From the human T2T-CHM13v2.0 reference genome, Homo sapiens, in NCBI RefSeq assembly GCF_009914755.1, contig NC_060931.1: 64,000 nt of DNA. The stretch is one strand, 5' to 3'. Positions 47,910 through 64,000 of the stretch are shown in pieces. The notes beneath the pieces are model-generated. The model searched no databases and was not told the DNA's origin. It worked only from the letters and a program-made list of their open reading frames with translations. Within the stretch, counting starts at the first letter, position 1; every line of letters begins with the position of its first letter. The position numbers and the translations under genes are program-made.

Positions 47910-48378
47910 TTTTTTTAATATTTATTTTTCCAACTTTTAAGTTCAAGGGTACATGTGCAGGATGTGCAGGTTTGTTACATAGTTAAACACGTGCCATGGT
48001 GGTTTACCTCAGATCATCCCATCACCTAGATATTCAGCCCAGAATCCATTAGCTATTCTTCCTGATGCCCTCCCTCCTCCCACTCCCCACCCTCTGACAG
48101 GCCCCAGTGTGTGTTGCTCCCCTTGATGTTTCCATGTGTTCTCATCATTCAGCTCCCACTTACAAGTGAGAACATGCAGTACTGGTATTTGGTTTTCTGT
48201 TCTTGCATTAGTTTGCTGAGGATAATGGCTTCCAGCTTCATCCATGCCTCTGCAAAGGACATGATCTCATTCCTTTTTATGGTTGCATTGTATTCCATGG
48301 TGTATATGTACCACATTTTCTTTATCCAGTCTACCATTGATGGGCATGTAGGTTGATTCCACGTCCTTGCTATTGTGA
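47910..48378 (-). mobile_element. L1PA/PB 3' end nested in an older L1M
   Basis: Minus-strand ORF DWIKKMWYIYTMEY...; 3'UTR. Confidence 0.88.
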
Positions 48379-48692
48379 ATCATTTCTTTTTATTGATAAA
48401 TAATATTCCATTGTATGGATATGCCACTTTTGTTTATTCATCAGCTGAAGGACATTTGGGTTATGTCCACTTTTTGGCTATTGTGAACAATGCAGCTATG
48501 AATATTCTTGTATATGGTTTTTGTGGATGTATGTTTTTATTTCTCAGTATTACCCAGGAGTGAAATTGATGGAGTATATGGTAATTGTTCAGCCGTTTGA
48601 GGGATGCCAGACTGTCTTCCCAATTGGCTGCACAATTTGCATTCACAACAGCAATGGATGAGGGTTCCAATTTTTCCACATCCTTTTTAGTA

Positions 48693-49030
48693 CAGCTGTC
48701 CCTCGGTATCTGTGGGAATTGGTTTCAGGACATCTCATGGATACCAAAATCCACGGCTGCTCAAGCATCTTATATAAAATGATGTCGTATTTGCATATAA
48801 CCTACGCACATGTTCCTGTATACTTTAAATCACCTCTAGATTACTTACAATACCGAATGCAATGTAAATGTTATGTAAATAGTTGTTATATTGTATGGTT
48901 TAGGGAATAGTGACTAAAGAAAAAAATCTGTACATGTTTTGGACAGACACAATTTTTTTCCCAGACTATTTTTGACCTATAGTTATTTGAATCCACAGAT
49001 GCAGAACCCACGGATACAGAGTGCCAACTG
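48693..49030 (+). mobile_element. MER2 (Tigger-family MITE)
   Basis: TA-flanked; ends cagctgtccctcggtatc / gatacagagtgccaactg; MER2 body. Confidence 0.9.
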
Positions 49031-49760
49031 TACTTACTGGTATCTGTCTTTTTCAATATAGCCATCCTAGCAGGATGGTGTGGTGACTCATTATGGCTTT
49101 GATTTGCGTTTCCTTAAAGACATAATGTCGAACACCTTTTCATGTGATTACTGGCCTTTTGTGTATCTTCTTAGGAAAACTGTATTTTTTAGATCGTTTG
49201 TCCATCCTTTCTGTATGTTGTCTTTCTATCATTGAAAGAGTTCTTTATACATTCTAGACACAAGCCCTTTATAAAGCTATATGATTTGCAAATATATGCA
49301 CCCCATGGTGTGAGTTGTCTTTTTAGCTTCTTGATAGTGTCTTTTTAAATTTTTAATACACTTTTTAATTTTGATGAAGTCCAATTTGCCTATTTTATCT
49401 TTGGTCCCTTGTGCTTTATGAACATTTGCTCCTATATTTACTTCTAAGAGTTTTATCGTTTCAGATCTGGAATTTAGGTCTTTGATCCATTTTGAGTTAA
49501 TTGTTGTGTTTGGTGTAATGAAGCAGTCCAACTTCATTCTCTCGCGTGTGTGTATTCTGGTGTCCCAGTTCCAGAAACTCTTCTGCGCTTCTCACATGCT
49601 GTTTTCTGGGTCTCGAAACTCCTTCCCTTCTCTTCTCCATCTTTAAAATGCTTAATTGCTTTTCAAGTGCAGCATAACCCATGCCAAAGTCTTCTCTGAC
49701 TTCTTTGTCTAATTTAGATGTCCCTTTTGGTACTTTTATAACACCGTACATGTTTCTAGA

Positions 49761-50448
<688 letters not shown>

Positions 50449-50989
50449 GTAGGTCAGTAGTTCTAACCCTTTCTTTCAAAGCCGTTGCTACTGAGGGATA
50501 CAGTGCAATCCCAGTCATAACTGTGGATAGTTAGACAGGGATTCTCTTTGAGGAGGGTGATGATGGGAGGCTTACGGTGGCAGGAATTACAGATTATCTT
50601 AATCAATAATCATTCTTCTGATTTGTCTTCCCAAAGTGTAGAGGAGCCCAAAACTCATTTCTTAGACTTCTTTGCAGCAAGGGGTCTGCCAGCCTAGCAC
50701 ACTTTACATCAAACCTTGATTTGGAAGTGAGACACATGAGCAGAGAATCAGGGCAGTTGGCATGCAGTTTGCCAGTGTGAATGATGACACTGCTGGTGTG
50801 ATTCTGGAACTGGCAATTAAGGTGGTAGCTTCTGGATTCAGCAAACGGCTCACTGAATCACCAGCTTTTCTGTTGTGCCACTGGAGGTAGCCGCCTTGGA
50901 GTCCCAGGTTGTCAGTGTGCTTTGGAGAGTGGTTCTGGGAAACTAAGACCTTCCAACAATGCTGTGACCCAAGACCCCTAATAAATGTT

Positions 50990-51264
50990 TTATTTATTTA
51001 TTTATGTCATTTCTCTGTCACCCAGGCTGGAGTACAGTGATCATAGCTCACTGCAACCCCCAACTCTTGCGCTGAAGCGATCTTCCCACCTTAACCTCCT
51101 GAGTAGCTGGGACTACAGGCACACACCACCATGCCCAGCTATTTTTCATAGAGATGAGGTCTCACTATGTTGTCTAGGCTGGTCTTGAACTCCTGGTCTG
51201 AAGTGATCCTCCTGCCTCGGCCTCCCAAAGTGCTGTGGTTACAAGCATGAGCTATCGTGCCTGG
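50990..51264 (-). mobile_element. Alu (AluJ-like)
   Basis: Diverged, partially deleted. Confidence 0.85.
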
Positions 51265-51332
51265 TGGTAAAATGGTTTAAACTATATTAACTTGAATCTT
51301 TTGTCTACAACTTGACTATAAGAAGTATATGT

Positions 51333-51644
<312 letters not shown>

Positions 51645-51743
51645 TTAGAATCTAGGGGGGTATGGGAAGATTTTTATTCTGATACGCTTCTCCCCATTCA
51701 TAATCACTACTTTTGACAATTCCAGATAGGGCGCATGTCACAT

Positions 51744-52360
51744 TGATGTAGGAGTTAAGAAGAAACTACTTAGGCAGATAGTGAGGGTACAGGAGTCCTT
51801 GGTAAGGTCTCCCTTTTTAACGAAAAGCAGCCCCCAAATCATATTCTAACAAAGAGCAGCCTGCAAAATCGAGCTACAGACATAGACATGCAAGCTAGAA
51901 GCTTGCATGGGTGAATGCCATCAAGAAAAAAGCTACCTGGGACTAGGCATGTCCAAAATGGTGGCCCCATCTTCCCTCCTCTTTGCCAGCCGTATGTACA
52001 GTAAGAAGACAAGATGGCGCCAGTTAAGTGGGAAACCCATTTGCATAATAAGAGTAGGGTGAGGTGGCCAGGCTTCCCTGCGTGGTACGTAAATGTCACA
52101 CCTGATGGAACCAATCTGTGGGTCCTACATAAAGAAGACACTGCCTCCTCAAGCCTGCTTATAAAATCTGGTGAACGCCGCCGCCGGCTGGTCTTTCCTT
52201 TCGGAAGCCCCTCTCACTAGAGAGGGAGCTGTTCTCCTTTCTCTTTCTTTTGCCTATTAAACCTCCGCTCCTAAACTCCTCATGTGTGTCCATGTCCTAA
52301 ATTTTCTTGGCGCAAGATGATGAGCCCTGGGTATTTACCCTAGACAACCACACCGCTTCA
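51744..52360 (+). mobile_element. ERV1 solo LTR (MER61/LTR43-like)
   Basis: TG...CA ends, 4-bp TSD acat; tataaaa and attaaa motifs; start tgatgtaggagttaagaagaaa. Confidence 0.8.
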
Positions 52361-53140
52361 ACATCGTAAAAGAAATGGTTGCTTTGCTTAACACTCATCA
52401 AGTCACAATTTTGTGTGGGCAGGCACTTTGTCTTACTCACCTCTGAATCCTTGGTGCCAGGCAGTCAGTAGAAGCTTAACGAAATGTGCATTTCTAGGTT
52501 TTTATGTTCTAGAATTAATTCTCTATATAAATCTTAGCTTATCTCCCAGTGAGAATGTAAGTTATTTTATGCGGAGAGACTTTAACATAAGGTATCATAA
52601 GTCACACGGTCCTGCTGTGCTAGGTTCGGAGCAGTATTGATAATTATTGGCCTTAGCAGGGTCAAGGGATTATCAACACCAGGGCCAGGCAGGTGACGTG
52701 AGTGAGTGACATGGGATGACTGCAACACAAAAGGGGTGGCAAAGATCAAGGAAACCTCAAATGTATGTACGTGCAAAGGAAGCAGCTTCAGTCGGGGGCT
52801 GCCATATGGGAATGTAGGTTCACTCTTTACAGAACAGCCAATCTGAGTTTTTGCATTGAAGCTCCCTATTTGAAAATGCTGATATCAAATTTTTTTAAAT
52901 GTGACTTATATTTGCCAGACAAAAGAGGGCTGCAGGCTGGAACTGGCTCATGCAACTTCTAGCTAAAATAGTTCTCCCGACACCTCAAAAGATTGTGAAT
53001 TCTCAAAGAAAGATAATATTCAATGAGAATTGTTCTTTCTTAGATCCCATATCTGAAGGTGTTCTGTTAAGTGGAATAGAGAAAACTGTGGAAGATTGTT
53101 AGTACTTATGGGATGTGTGAAGTCACTGGTATAGTCACTG

Positions 53141-53923
53141 ATTATCTTAGTCTATTTTGCATTGTATAAGGAATACCTGAGGCTGGGTAATTTATAAAGA
53201 AAAGAGGTTTACTTGGCTCATGGTTCTGCAGGATGTACAAGCATGGTGCCTGTATCTACTTGGCTTCTGGTGAGACCTCAGGAAGCTTTTACTCATGGTA
53301 GAAGGCAAAGGGGGAACAGGTGTGCCACGTGACAAGAAAGGGAGCAAGAGAGATGCCAGGCTCTTTTTAAGCAACCAGCTCTTGAATGAACTAACAGAAC
53401 GAGAACTCACTCATTACCATGGGGAGGGCACCAAGCCATTCATGAGGGATCTGTCCCTATGACCCAAACACCTCCCACCAGGCCCCACCTCCAACACTGA
53501 GGGTTGTATTAGTCTGTTCTCATGTTGCTAATAAAGACATACCCAAGGCTGGGTAATTTATAAAGAAAAAGAGGTTTAATGGACTCCCAGTTCCACATGG
53601 CTGGGGAGACCTCGCAATCATGGTGGAAGGCAAGGAGGAGCAAGTCACATATTACATGGTGGCAGAGAAGAGAGAGAACTTGTGCAGGAGAACTCCTGTT
53701 TATAAAACCATCAGATCTTGTAGCACTTATTCACTAATACGAGAACAGCACAGTAAAGACCCACCCCCATGATTCAATTACCTCCCACCAGGTCCCTCCA
53801 ACAACACATGGAAATTATGGGAGCTATAATTCAAGATGAGATTTGGGTGGGCAAACAGCCAAACCATATCAGGGTCACCTTTCCATATGAGATTTGGAGG
53901 GGACACATATCCAAACTGTAGCA
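53141..53923 (-). mobile_element. MST-type LTR with a nested THE1 LTR (53505-53871)
   Basis: Two MaLR LTRs; the inner one is flanked by gggt and the outer resumes after it. Confidence 0.85.
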
Positions 53924-54248
53924 CTGGTGTAGATGTTGTTGTCTAAGGATCTAGAGTAGATGAAAAAGCTTGAGGGGTCCAGGCCAAGGCAATGATGAGG
54001 CTTTACTGAAGACGAACTAGACAGAAGGCTGCTAACATTGGTGTGAATCTGGCAAAGGAGTTGTTTCAGCTCTTCCCAGAGCAGACAGCAAGCAGGGTGC
54101 AGGATAGCAGTGGGTTAAACAAGTGAAAGAAGGAAAAAGTGCTTCTGGCCCTAGGAAGGAAAAAATGGGAGGTCTTTCTGCCAGGAATGAGACTGTCTGC
54201 AGAGTGAATTAGCAGTGGTAGATGGATTCATTAAAAGGCATCCCTCTA

Positions 54249-54547
54249 GGCCAGGTGCGGTGTTTCAATCCCAGCAGTTTGGGAGGCCGAGGCGGGCGGA
54301 TCACCTGAGGTCAGGAGTTCGAGACCAGGCTGGCCAACATGGTGAAACCCTGTCTCTACTAAAAATACCAAATTAGCTAGGCGTGGTTGGCGCATGCCTG
54401 TAATTCCAGCTATTCTGGAGGCTGAGGAAGGAGAATCGCTTGAACCCGGGAGGAGAAGTTGCGGTGAGCGGAGATCGCACCCTTGCACTCCGCCTGGGCA
54501 ACAAGAGAGAAACTCCGTCTCAAAAAACAGAAACAAAAAACAAAAAA
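54249..54547 (+). mobile_element. Alu (AluSq-like)
   Basis: Near full-length; catccctc on both flanks. Confidence 0.9.
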
Positions 54548-55016
54548 CATCCCTCCTCCTGTACTGCCAGGGCACTGCTTTTCATTTTCCATCTTTCAGC
54601 TGTGAGTGAAATGAAGACACCCATCTGCCCAATGGTAGTCTTGAGGTTGCGGGATGCTTGACCACAAAATGCAATCTACAGGTTACATGTACCTTCTGCA
54701 GCTTTTGCTTTTAGCTAAAGCTTTTTCTGTAACCTCATTTTGGCAGTGCAGGCAAGGAGGGAGTGTTGACCTGTCAGTGTAGTAGAGACTCCCAGGTGTC
54801 CTGGGTGAAGTTGTGCAGAGCATTTGGGATGTTCTTAAAATAATACCCTGGAAGTTCTTCTCTGCATGACCAGAAGCCATGTCAGAACTCTAATGGCATC
54901 ACCTGCTGAGTTAGAAAAAAGTTTCCAGAAACCACAAGTTTGATTTCATAATAAACAGCTTCTCAGGGCCTCTTCGGCATGGCTACATAAATCTACTGCT
55001 TAAAAATAGATGAGTG

Positions 55017-55220
55017 GACTGGGCGCGGTGGCTCACGCCTGCAATCCCAGCACTTTGGGAGGCTGAGACGGGTGGATCACGAGGTCAGGAGATTGAGACC
55101 ATGCTGGCTAACAAGGTGAAACCCCATCTCTACTAAAAATACAAAAAATTAGCTGGGTGTAGTGGCAGGCGCCTGGGCGACTGAGCGAGACTCAGTCTCA
55201 AAAAAAAAAAAAAAAAAAAA
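55017..55220 (+). mobile_element. AluY-like, most of right arm deleted
   Basis: Jumps from ggcgcctg to ggcgactgagcgagactc through a shared gcctg. Confidence 0.88.
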
Positions 55221-55523
55221 GATGAGCGTAGAGCCTTGCTTCACTCCTCTGGCACTGTACACCAAGCTGGAAGGGCCACTGATGATACTGGAACCATCTT
55301 CTAGGCCCCTGGGAAATTCTGGGGGAGGTCAACATGGACACTGAGCTCTAGGGCGTGAAGATTCCATTTGTCTGGTATGGGGCTGCAGCAAAGGCTGGAA
55401 GGTGGGTATTTGGGTCTCATCTGCTGAACTGCCCTTGTTTCTAAGGTATTCTTCCCCAACCCCTGTTATCTACTCTCCTGAAAGCTTTTTTCAATTTGAT
55501 CCCCACTTCCAAACTCCATTAGT

Positions 55524-55877
55524 CATATGGTCTGGCTCTGTGTCCCCACCCAAATCTCATCTTGAATTGTAGCTCCCATAATTCCCATGTGTTATCGGAG
55601 AGCCTGGAGGGAGACAATTTGAACCATGGAGGCAGTTTCCCCCATACTGTTCTCGTGGTAGTGAGTAAGTCTCATGAGATCTGATGGTTTTATCAGGAGT
55701 TTCTGCTTTTGTATCTCCCTCATTTTCTCTTGCTGCCACCATATAAGAAGTGCCTTTCATCTCCAGCCATGATTCTGAGGCCTCCCCAGCCATGTGGAAC
55801 TGTAAGTCCAATTAAACCTCTTTTTCTTCCCAGTCTCAGGTATGTCTGTATCCACAGCATGAAAATGGACTAATACA
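55524..55877 (+). mobile_element. THE1 MaLR LTR
   Basis: catatggtctggctctgtgtcccc...ggactaataca. Confidence 0.9.
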
Positions 55878-55914
55878 ATTAGGCAGCTCTTTAAATATCT
55901 ATCTTTCTAATCTA

Positions 55915-56573
<659 letters not shown>

Positions 56574-57310
56574 AACTCTTTAAATATTTGAAGGCTGTAG
56601 CCATACCTTCTTCCTACCTGGTCTGTTTAAGGAAAAATAAAAAAAGCAATCTATGTTCCATCACGCAGCACCCAAGTGAAATGCAGCCTGTGCTTTCACC
56701 AATCTGACTGCCCTTTTCCAGAACCACATCATTTTTATCTCTGTCACTATTTATTCAACACAGATATTTATGCAGCACTCAGGGAGGTCCCTTGGGAGGG
56801 TTAGGGAAAGACTGACGTTTTACGCAACATCTGGGTTGGGGCTTGTAGAAAGAGAAAGAGTTTACCAAAGAATGGGCAAGTTCCCAAGAGTATCAGAGAG
56901 ATTGGCACAGAGATAATCAGGAAATATCATACAGATGGGGGCTGCATTCTTCCCTGGGGTGGAAATTTCATTCCATAGCCATCATTTCCAGATAGGGACA
57001 CATAGCTGTGCCTACCCTGCCCAGAAAGACAGTGAGAAAGTTGTGATACAATGACGACAGACTTTTTTTTGCTTATTTGGTGCTCTATCCCCAGTGACTG
57101 AAATCATACCTGGAACACAGAAGGTGCTCAAAAAACATTGGGTAAATAAATCAACAAATGAATAAAGTGAAGTCAGTAGGAAGATCAGGGAAAGGTCAGT
57201 TAATGGGGCTTCCAAGAGATTCCCATAAAGGACATTATAGCCATAATGTGTGTCTGAGAGTGGGGCGGGGGAAAGAAGAACTGAGAGGAGCATTATAAAA
57301 ACGTACACAG

Positions 57311-57610
57311 GGCCGGGCACGGTGGCTCATGCCTGTAATCCCAGCATTTTGGGAGGCTGAGGTGGGCAGATCACGAGGTCAGGAGTTCGAGACCAGCCTG
57401 GCCAACATGGTGAAACCCCGTCTCTACTAAAAATACAAAAATTAGCTGGGCGTGGTGGCAGGCACCTATAGTCACAGCTACTCGGGAGCCTGAGGCAGGA
57501 GAATCACTTGAAACTGGAAGGCAGAGGTTGCAGTGAGCCGAGATGGCGCCACTCCAGCCTGGGCGATAGAACGAAACTCTGTCTGAAAAAACAAACAAAT
57601 GAACAAAAAA
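57311..57610 (+). mobile_element. Alu (AluSg-like)
   Basis: Full-length. Confidence 0.92.
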
Positions 57611-58013
57611 ACCACACACAGACCCCACAGACTCACTGAGAACAGAGAGCGCCATGGTGGGATAGCAGGAGGGGGCCATGAGGCTTGAAAGAGCAGGAGA
57701 CGGACAAACATCTGCACTAAATCAATGCTTGTCAATGCCTTCATCATCAATTCAATGCATTCAGTCATCAGGATGATTGAATGATTGAATGAATGAATGA
57801 ATGAATCCAAAATGGAGTGCTGGAAGAAAACAAGACACAAGGTAACCAAAGCTTTTCAGCAATGTTCTAATAAAAGAATAAGAGGGCAGACTAAAGACAG
57901 CATGCATTTTAAGCTTCTTGCAACACAATGATAGGCAAGGGAAAATCAGGTCAGGAATTAGGAATACTAGGTCATATCTTTTGCGATACTGGATACTACT
58001 TATTCCGTGTTTA

Positions 58014-58385
<372 letters not shown>

Positions 58386-59394
58386 GTTTACGGATGGTAG
58401 TTATGATCATCCTCTCCACCCCACATTCCCTAGACAGGAAAATGAGGCAAGAAACAAAGGTAATTTGCCTAAATACACTGCTTGGAAGTGGTGGAGCTGG
58501 GATTGGGATTCACACTGTGATCTGAGACACCTCTTTATATCAACTAAGACAGACCCTAACATTAAGGACACAGAGGATACCTAGGGGTAGAGGTCAGGGC
58601 CTGGCTGGCATGGTGCATTTCTAAATTCCTCAGGCTACTAGGAAATCCATACTCTTGCCGAACTCCCTAACAATGGGAGCTACCAGGGAAGTTACCAGCT
58701 GATTTACAACCCAGACCATGTCAACTCCAATGGACAGAGGATACGCCTTACAAACAACATAAGCAACTGCGGACCTTAAGCCAGTTTCAGCCAGCTTATA
58801 GAGGCTGCACAAAAACTGTGTGTCCGCCTAAACCTTTGTTATTGTTGTTGTTTTGCAGTTTTCCCTCTCTTCAAAGGTATATCCCTTCAAGGGTTCTCAA
58901 CTGGAAACCTGGAAGTTTACCAGGGTTCCTCCCTTTTTCCAGGCTCTGATCTCCACTTTTTTTCTCCTCAGCACTGTGAGACTGACAAAAATCTGATTAA
59001 TTTTTTATGCTTTGAGCACCTAGAAACAAAGATGTATTGAACTTGTATTTTACAGTTTATGAGTTGGTGAATGCCTTGAGGTGAAATTCCATGCAATCTG
59101 TTCTTCTGGGATGGAGCCCTTCAAGTTCAGGCTGACTTACTAGCCATTAACTCCAATCCTGTAGACTCATCCCAGTGAGTACCACGATCTCAATGCCACT
59201 GCTTTCTCTTCCACCTTTATACTTGTTACAGCAAATTTCCTGAGAGTAAAATGCTGTGGAAAATATCAGGCTTATGTCAATGCACTCTTCTCTCTGACTT
59301 TTTGGACCCTCAAGTCTTAGTTGTCTTGTTTACTTTCCAATACCATGAAACAGCTGTTCTGTTGTTTGCTATTCAGTTTTTATAGTTCTTCTTC

Positions 59395-59710
59395 TGTTTT
59401 TTGTTTGTTTGTTTTTTCAGAGGGGGCCTCAATCTGTCACCCAGGCCGGGTTGGTGTAGTGGCATGATCTCAGCTCATTGCAACCTCCACCTCCAGGGCT
59501 CAAGCGATCCTGCGATCCTCCCACCTCAGCCTCCCGAGTAGCTGAAACCACAGACACGGACCACCACGTCCAGATAATTTTTTGTAATTTTGGTAGAGAC
59601 AGGATTTTGCCATGGTGCCCAGGCTGATCTCAAACTCCTGAGCTAGGCAATCCACCCGCTTCAGCCTCCCAAGGTGCTGAGATTACAGGCGTGAGCCACT
59701 GCACCCAGCC
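59395..59710 (-). mobile_element. Alu (AluJ-like)
   Basis: Full-length; TSD tatagttctt. Confidence 0.9.
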
Positions 59711-59784
59711 TATAGTTCTTTGTTATAGAAGCTTAGTTTTATACAAATTACTCCACTATATCCAGTCGATGTCTAAGGAAATTA

Positions 59785-60164
<380 letters not shown>

Positions 60165-60716
60165 GAATTTCTGTTCAATAAGGACACCATAAATGAAGTT
60201 AACTGACGGGGGGAAGACTGAGAAGGCAATATTTGAAGCCTCTAAAATTGATGGTACCTAGATAACAAGACAGCAGACCCAGTATCAAAAATGAACAAAA
60301 TATATGAATAAGAAATTCACAGAAAGGTAAACCCAACAGCCTCCAAGTTTATGAAGAGAGGTTCAATTTCATTCATGCTTAGAGAAATGCAAATGAAAAG
60401 CAACAATGGTATACACTTGACAACCATCAAATTGGTAAAAATTATAAAGTCAGATAAATGTTCATGAGAAATTAGAGAAAAAAGAATCTTTTGTGCTGCT
60501 GGGAAGAGGGTTAGTTAGCATCATCATGCCAGAAATCAATCTAACAGGCAGTGTGTACTTTATATGCCAGCAATCCCATTCCAAATGATATATTCTAGAG
60601 AAATTCACACAGGTATGTAAGGGGCCATGAGTGAGAACGTTTATTAGAATGTTTGGGGATTAGGGATTGGGAGACATTCTGACTGCCCCTCATTAGGGAC
60701 ATAAAAAAGTCAACTG

Positions 60717-61020
60717 GGCTGGGCCCGGTAGCTCACGCCTGTAATCCCAGCACTTTGGGAGGCTGAGGTAGGCAGATCATCTGAGGTCAGGAGTTCCAGA
60801 CCAGCCTGGCCAACATAGTGAAACCCTGTCTCTACTAAAAATACAAAAAGTAGCCGGGCGTGGTGGTGCACACCTGTAGTCCCAGCTACTCGGAGGCTGA
60901 GGCAGAAGAATTGCTTGAACCCAGGAGGCCAAGGTTGCAGTGAGCCCAGATCACATCATTGCACTCCAGCCTGGGAGACAGAGCAAGTCTCTGTCTCAAA
61001 AACGAAAAACAAAAAACAGA
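60717..61020 (+). mobile_element. Alu (AluS) directly upstream of the RPS28 retrocopy
   Basis: Full-length, TSD agtcaactg. Confidence 0.93.
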
Positions 61021-61031
61021 ACAGTCAACTG

Positions 61032-61420
61032 ACTCTGCCAGACCGCCACGCCGCCGTCATGGACACCAGCCACGTGCAGCCTATCAAGCTGGCCAGGGTC
61101 ACCGAGGTCCTGGGCAGGACCGGCTCTCAGGGACACTGCACGCAGGTGCGCGTGGAATTTATGGACAACACGAGCCGCTCCAGCATCCGCAGTGTAAAAG
61201 GCCCCGTGTGTGAGGGGGACGTGCTCACCCTGTTGGAGTCAGAGCGAGAGGCCTGGAAGTTGCGCTGAACTTGGCTGCTCACTGGGTCTTGGATGTGGGG
61301 TTTGACCACTTGGCTGGTGGGAATGGTGTGCCACGATCTGCTCCTTTATTTTATTTTTTGCCCGCCACACGGGAATTGAGATGCGCCTTTAAAGCATTTG
61401 TGCTTCAAATTAAAAAGAAA
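61032..61420 (+). pseudogene. RPS28: Processed RPS28 (40S ribosomal protein eS28) pseudogene; open frame 61059-61268
   Basis: Intronless 69-aa frame [25 protein letters not shown]...[10 protein letters not shown] with 9 substitutions versus recalled human RPS28; 5'UTR, 3'UTR and A-rich tail present. Confidence 0.96.
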
Positions 61421-61554
61421 GAGTAAGCTGAGATGGATGGATGTGATGGAATGCTCTGTGGCGATCCATCAACTAGTGATATCTTTAGCAGGTGATTAGA
61501 TCTTAAAAGCATAATGTAGAATGAAGAAGGTATGATATAGAAGGGTATCTGTAG

Positions 61555-62016
61555 TACGAAAGGAAAATATCTTGGGCCACTAATATCACTAAGGAAACCT
61601 AAAGCCGGGAACTGCTTAGGGCAAACCTGCCTCCCATTCTATTCAAAGTCACCCCTCTCTGCCCACTGAGATAGACGCATATCTGATTTGCCTCCTTTGG
61701 AAGGGCTAATCAGAAACTCAAAAGAATGTAACCGTTTGTGTATCACTTGTCTGTGACCTGGAAGTCCCTTCCCCCGTTCCAATCTTCCGCCTTTGATTCA
61801 AGTTGTCTCACCTTTCCAGACCGAACCAATGTACTTCTTACATAAATTGATTGGTGTCTCATGTCTCCCTAAATGGATAAAAGCAAGCTATGCCCCAACC
61901 ACCTCGGGCACATGTCGCCAGGACCTCCTGAGGCTGTGTCACGGGTGCATCCTCAACCTTGGCAAAATAAACTTTCTAAATTAACTGAGACCTGTCTCAC
62001 ATTTTCTGGTTTCACA
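61555..62016 (+). mobile_element. MER4A-type ERV1 solo LTR
   Basis: gaaaggaaaatatcttggg...ggcaaaataaactttctaaattaactgagacc...caca; 4-bp TSD gtag. Confidence 0.85.
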
Positions 62017-62168
62017 GTAGTTGCACAATAACATTCAAATACATTTTAAAACACACACGCGAAACAACACAGTATATTTTAAAATATAGAGTAGATACAG
62101 TACTGCAGAGTGCTAGAGCTCAGGTTTTATGTAGCCTGGATTCGAGTCCTCACGCTGCCATATGCTAA

Positions 62169-62541
<373 letters not shown>

Positions 62542-62963
62542 AAAACAATGTTTCTCATAGTGCTGTTGGGAGGATGAAAGAAGAGAATGTGTATAAAAGT
62601 GCTTGGAACAGGACCTTGGAAAATTAAATTGGAGTCGGCAATAATATTTATTTTCAAAGACATCTATGTATAGGCAGGATGAAAATGGGGAGTGAGCATG
62701 GAGATAAAGAAAAAATAATAAAATAACCCAACAAGGTGTCTTTCATGGGCTTATGGTAAGGGTGTGCCCTGAATTGACAGGAATAATGAACTCAAGTTTT
62801 GGAACCTGACATTCCCCAAATCTGCAAGAGTTAAGCCTAAAACAAACAGACCAAAGCCCCAGGTTATGAATCTAGTCACTGTTGAGCAGTGAGCTTTCGC
62901 CATCTTCCTTCTGAGAAGGAGCTCAGTGGTTATATGGTTTTTGTAGTGTTAAACAATGCTGCT

Positions 62964-63437
<474 letters not shown>

Positions 63438-63733
63438 TTATGTAATAATTTACCTATTGTGTCTAAGCTGTTCTTTAAAAAACTAATTGCTATCAAAATG
63501 CTTAATGAGTCAATTACTAATTATAAATCAGTGAATTAATACATCCGAAGTCAAGAATCTGTTATGTTTACAAACAATTGCTACCCTCTGTCTAATCTTT
63601 GAATTTGTGCTCATGAAGAAATTGGCTACCAATGTGGTACCAGTCTCCCAGCATCCTTGAAGAAGAGTTAGGAGGCAGGAGAAAACACATGTACGTCTTT
63701 CCCTAGAGGTGACTACACTGAAATCTAGCTAAG

Positions 63734-64000
63734 TGATATAGTTTGGATGTTTGTACCCTCCAAATCTCATTTTGAAATGTGATCCCCAATACTGGAAGTG
63801 GGGTCTGGTGGGAGGGGCATGGGTCATAGGGGCGGATCCCTCATGAATGTCTTGAGGCCCTCCCCACAGTAATAAGTAGGTTCTCACTCTATTAGCTCAA
63901 AGGAGAGCTGGCTGTTTAAAAGAGCATGGCATCTCTTGCTTTCTCTCTCACCATGTGATGTACCTGCTCCCCCTTCCCTTCCACCATGAATAAAAGCTTC
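63734..64000 (+). mobile_element. MST-type MaLR LTR (runs off the window)
   Basis: tgatatagtttggatgtttgt...ggatccctcatgaatg. Confidence 0.85.

Noticed and set aside
55017-55220. Short Alu that looked like a novel SINE
   Set aside because: Ordinary Alu with a gcctg microhomology-mediated deletion.
60915-61268. 117-aa ORF fusing Alu sequence to RPS28
   Set aside because: It starts at a non-ATG codon (TTG) inside an Alu. The in-frame join is most simply coincidental, and the RPS28 ATG is at 61059.

Overview
This is primate (very likely human) non-coding DNA, dense in repeats: about 40 Alu copies, many L1 fragments, ERV1/ERVL/MaLR LTRs and DNA-transposon relics (MER2, MER20, MER58, MADE1). I recognise no intact protein-coding gene. 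Nearly all ORFs in the track are Alu, L1 or LTR translation artefacts. Gene-derived sequences are a full-length processed RPS28 pseudogene with an open 69-codon frame (61059-61268), a degenerate 5S rRNA copy, a decayed ERVL reverse-transcriptase fragment and a 159-bp TSD-flanked mRNA-3'UTR-like insert. The most unusual structure is a ~275-bp inverted repeat in sequence I cannot assign to a repeat family (15154-15428 / 15918-16189, ~87% identity by manual alignment). One of its arms carries intact splice-like signals. Next is a 5S rRNA-Alu right-arm chimera inside one TSD pair, then several templated-insertion or fold-back repair scars. Coordinates and family names were assigned by eye, so subfamily calls are approximate and the genomic locus is not identified.
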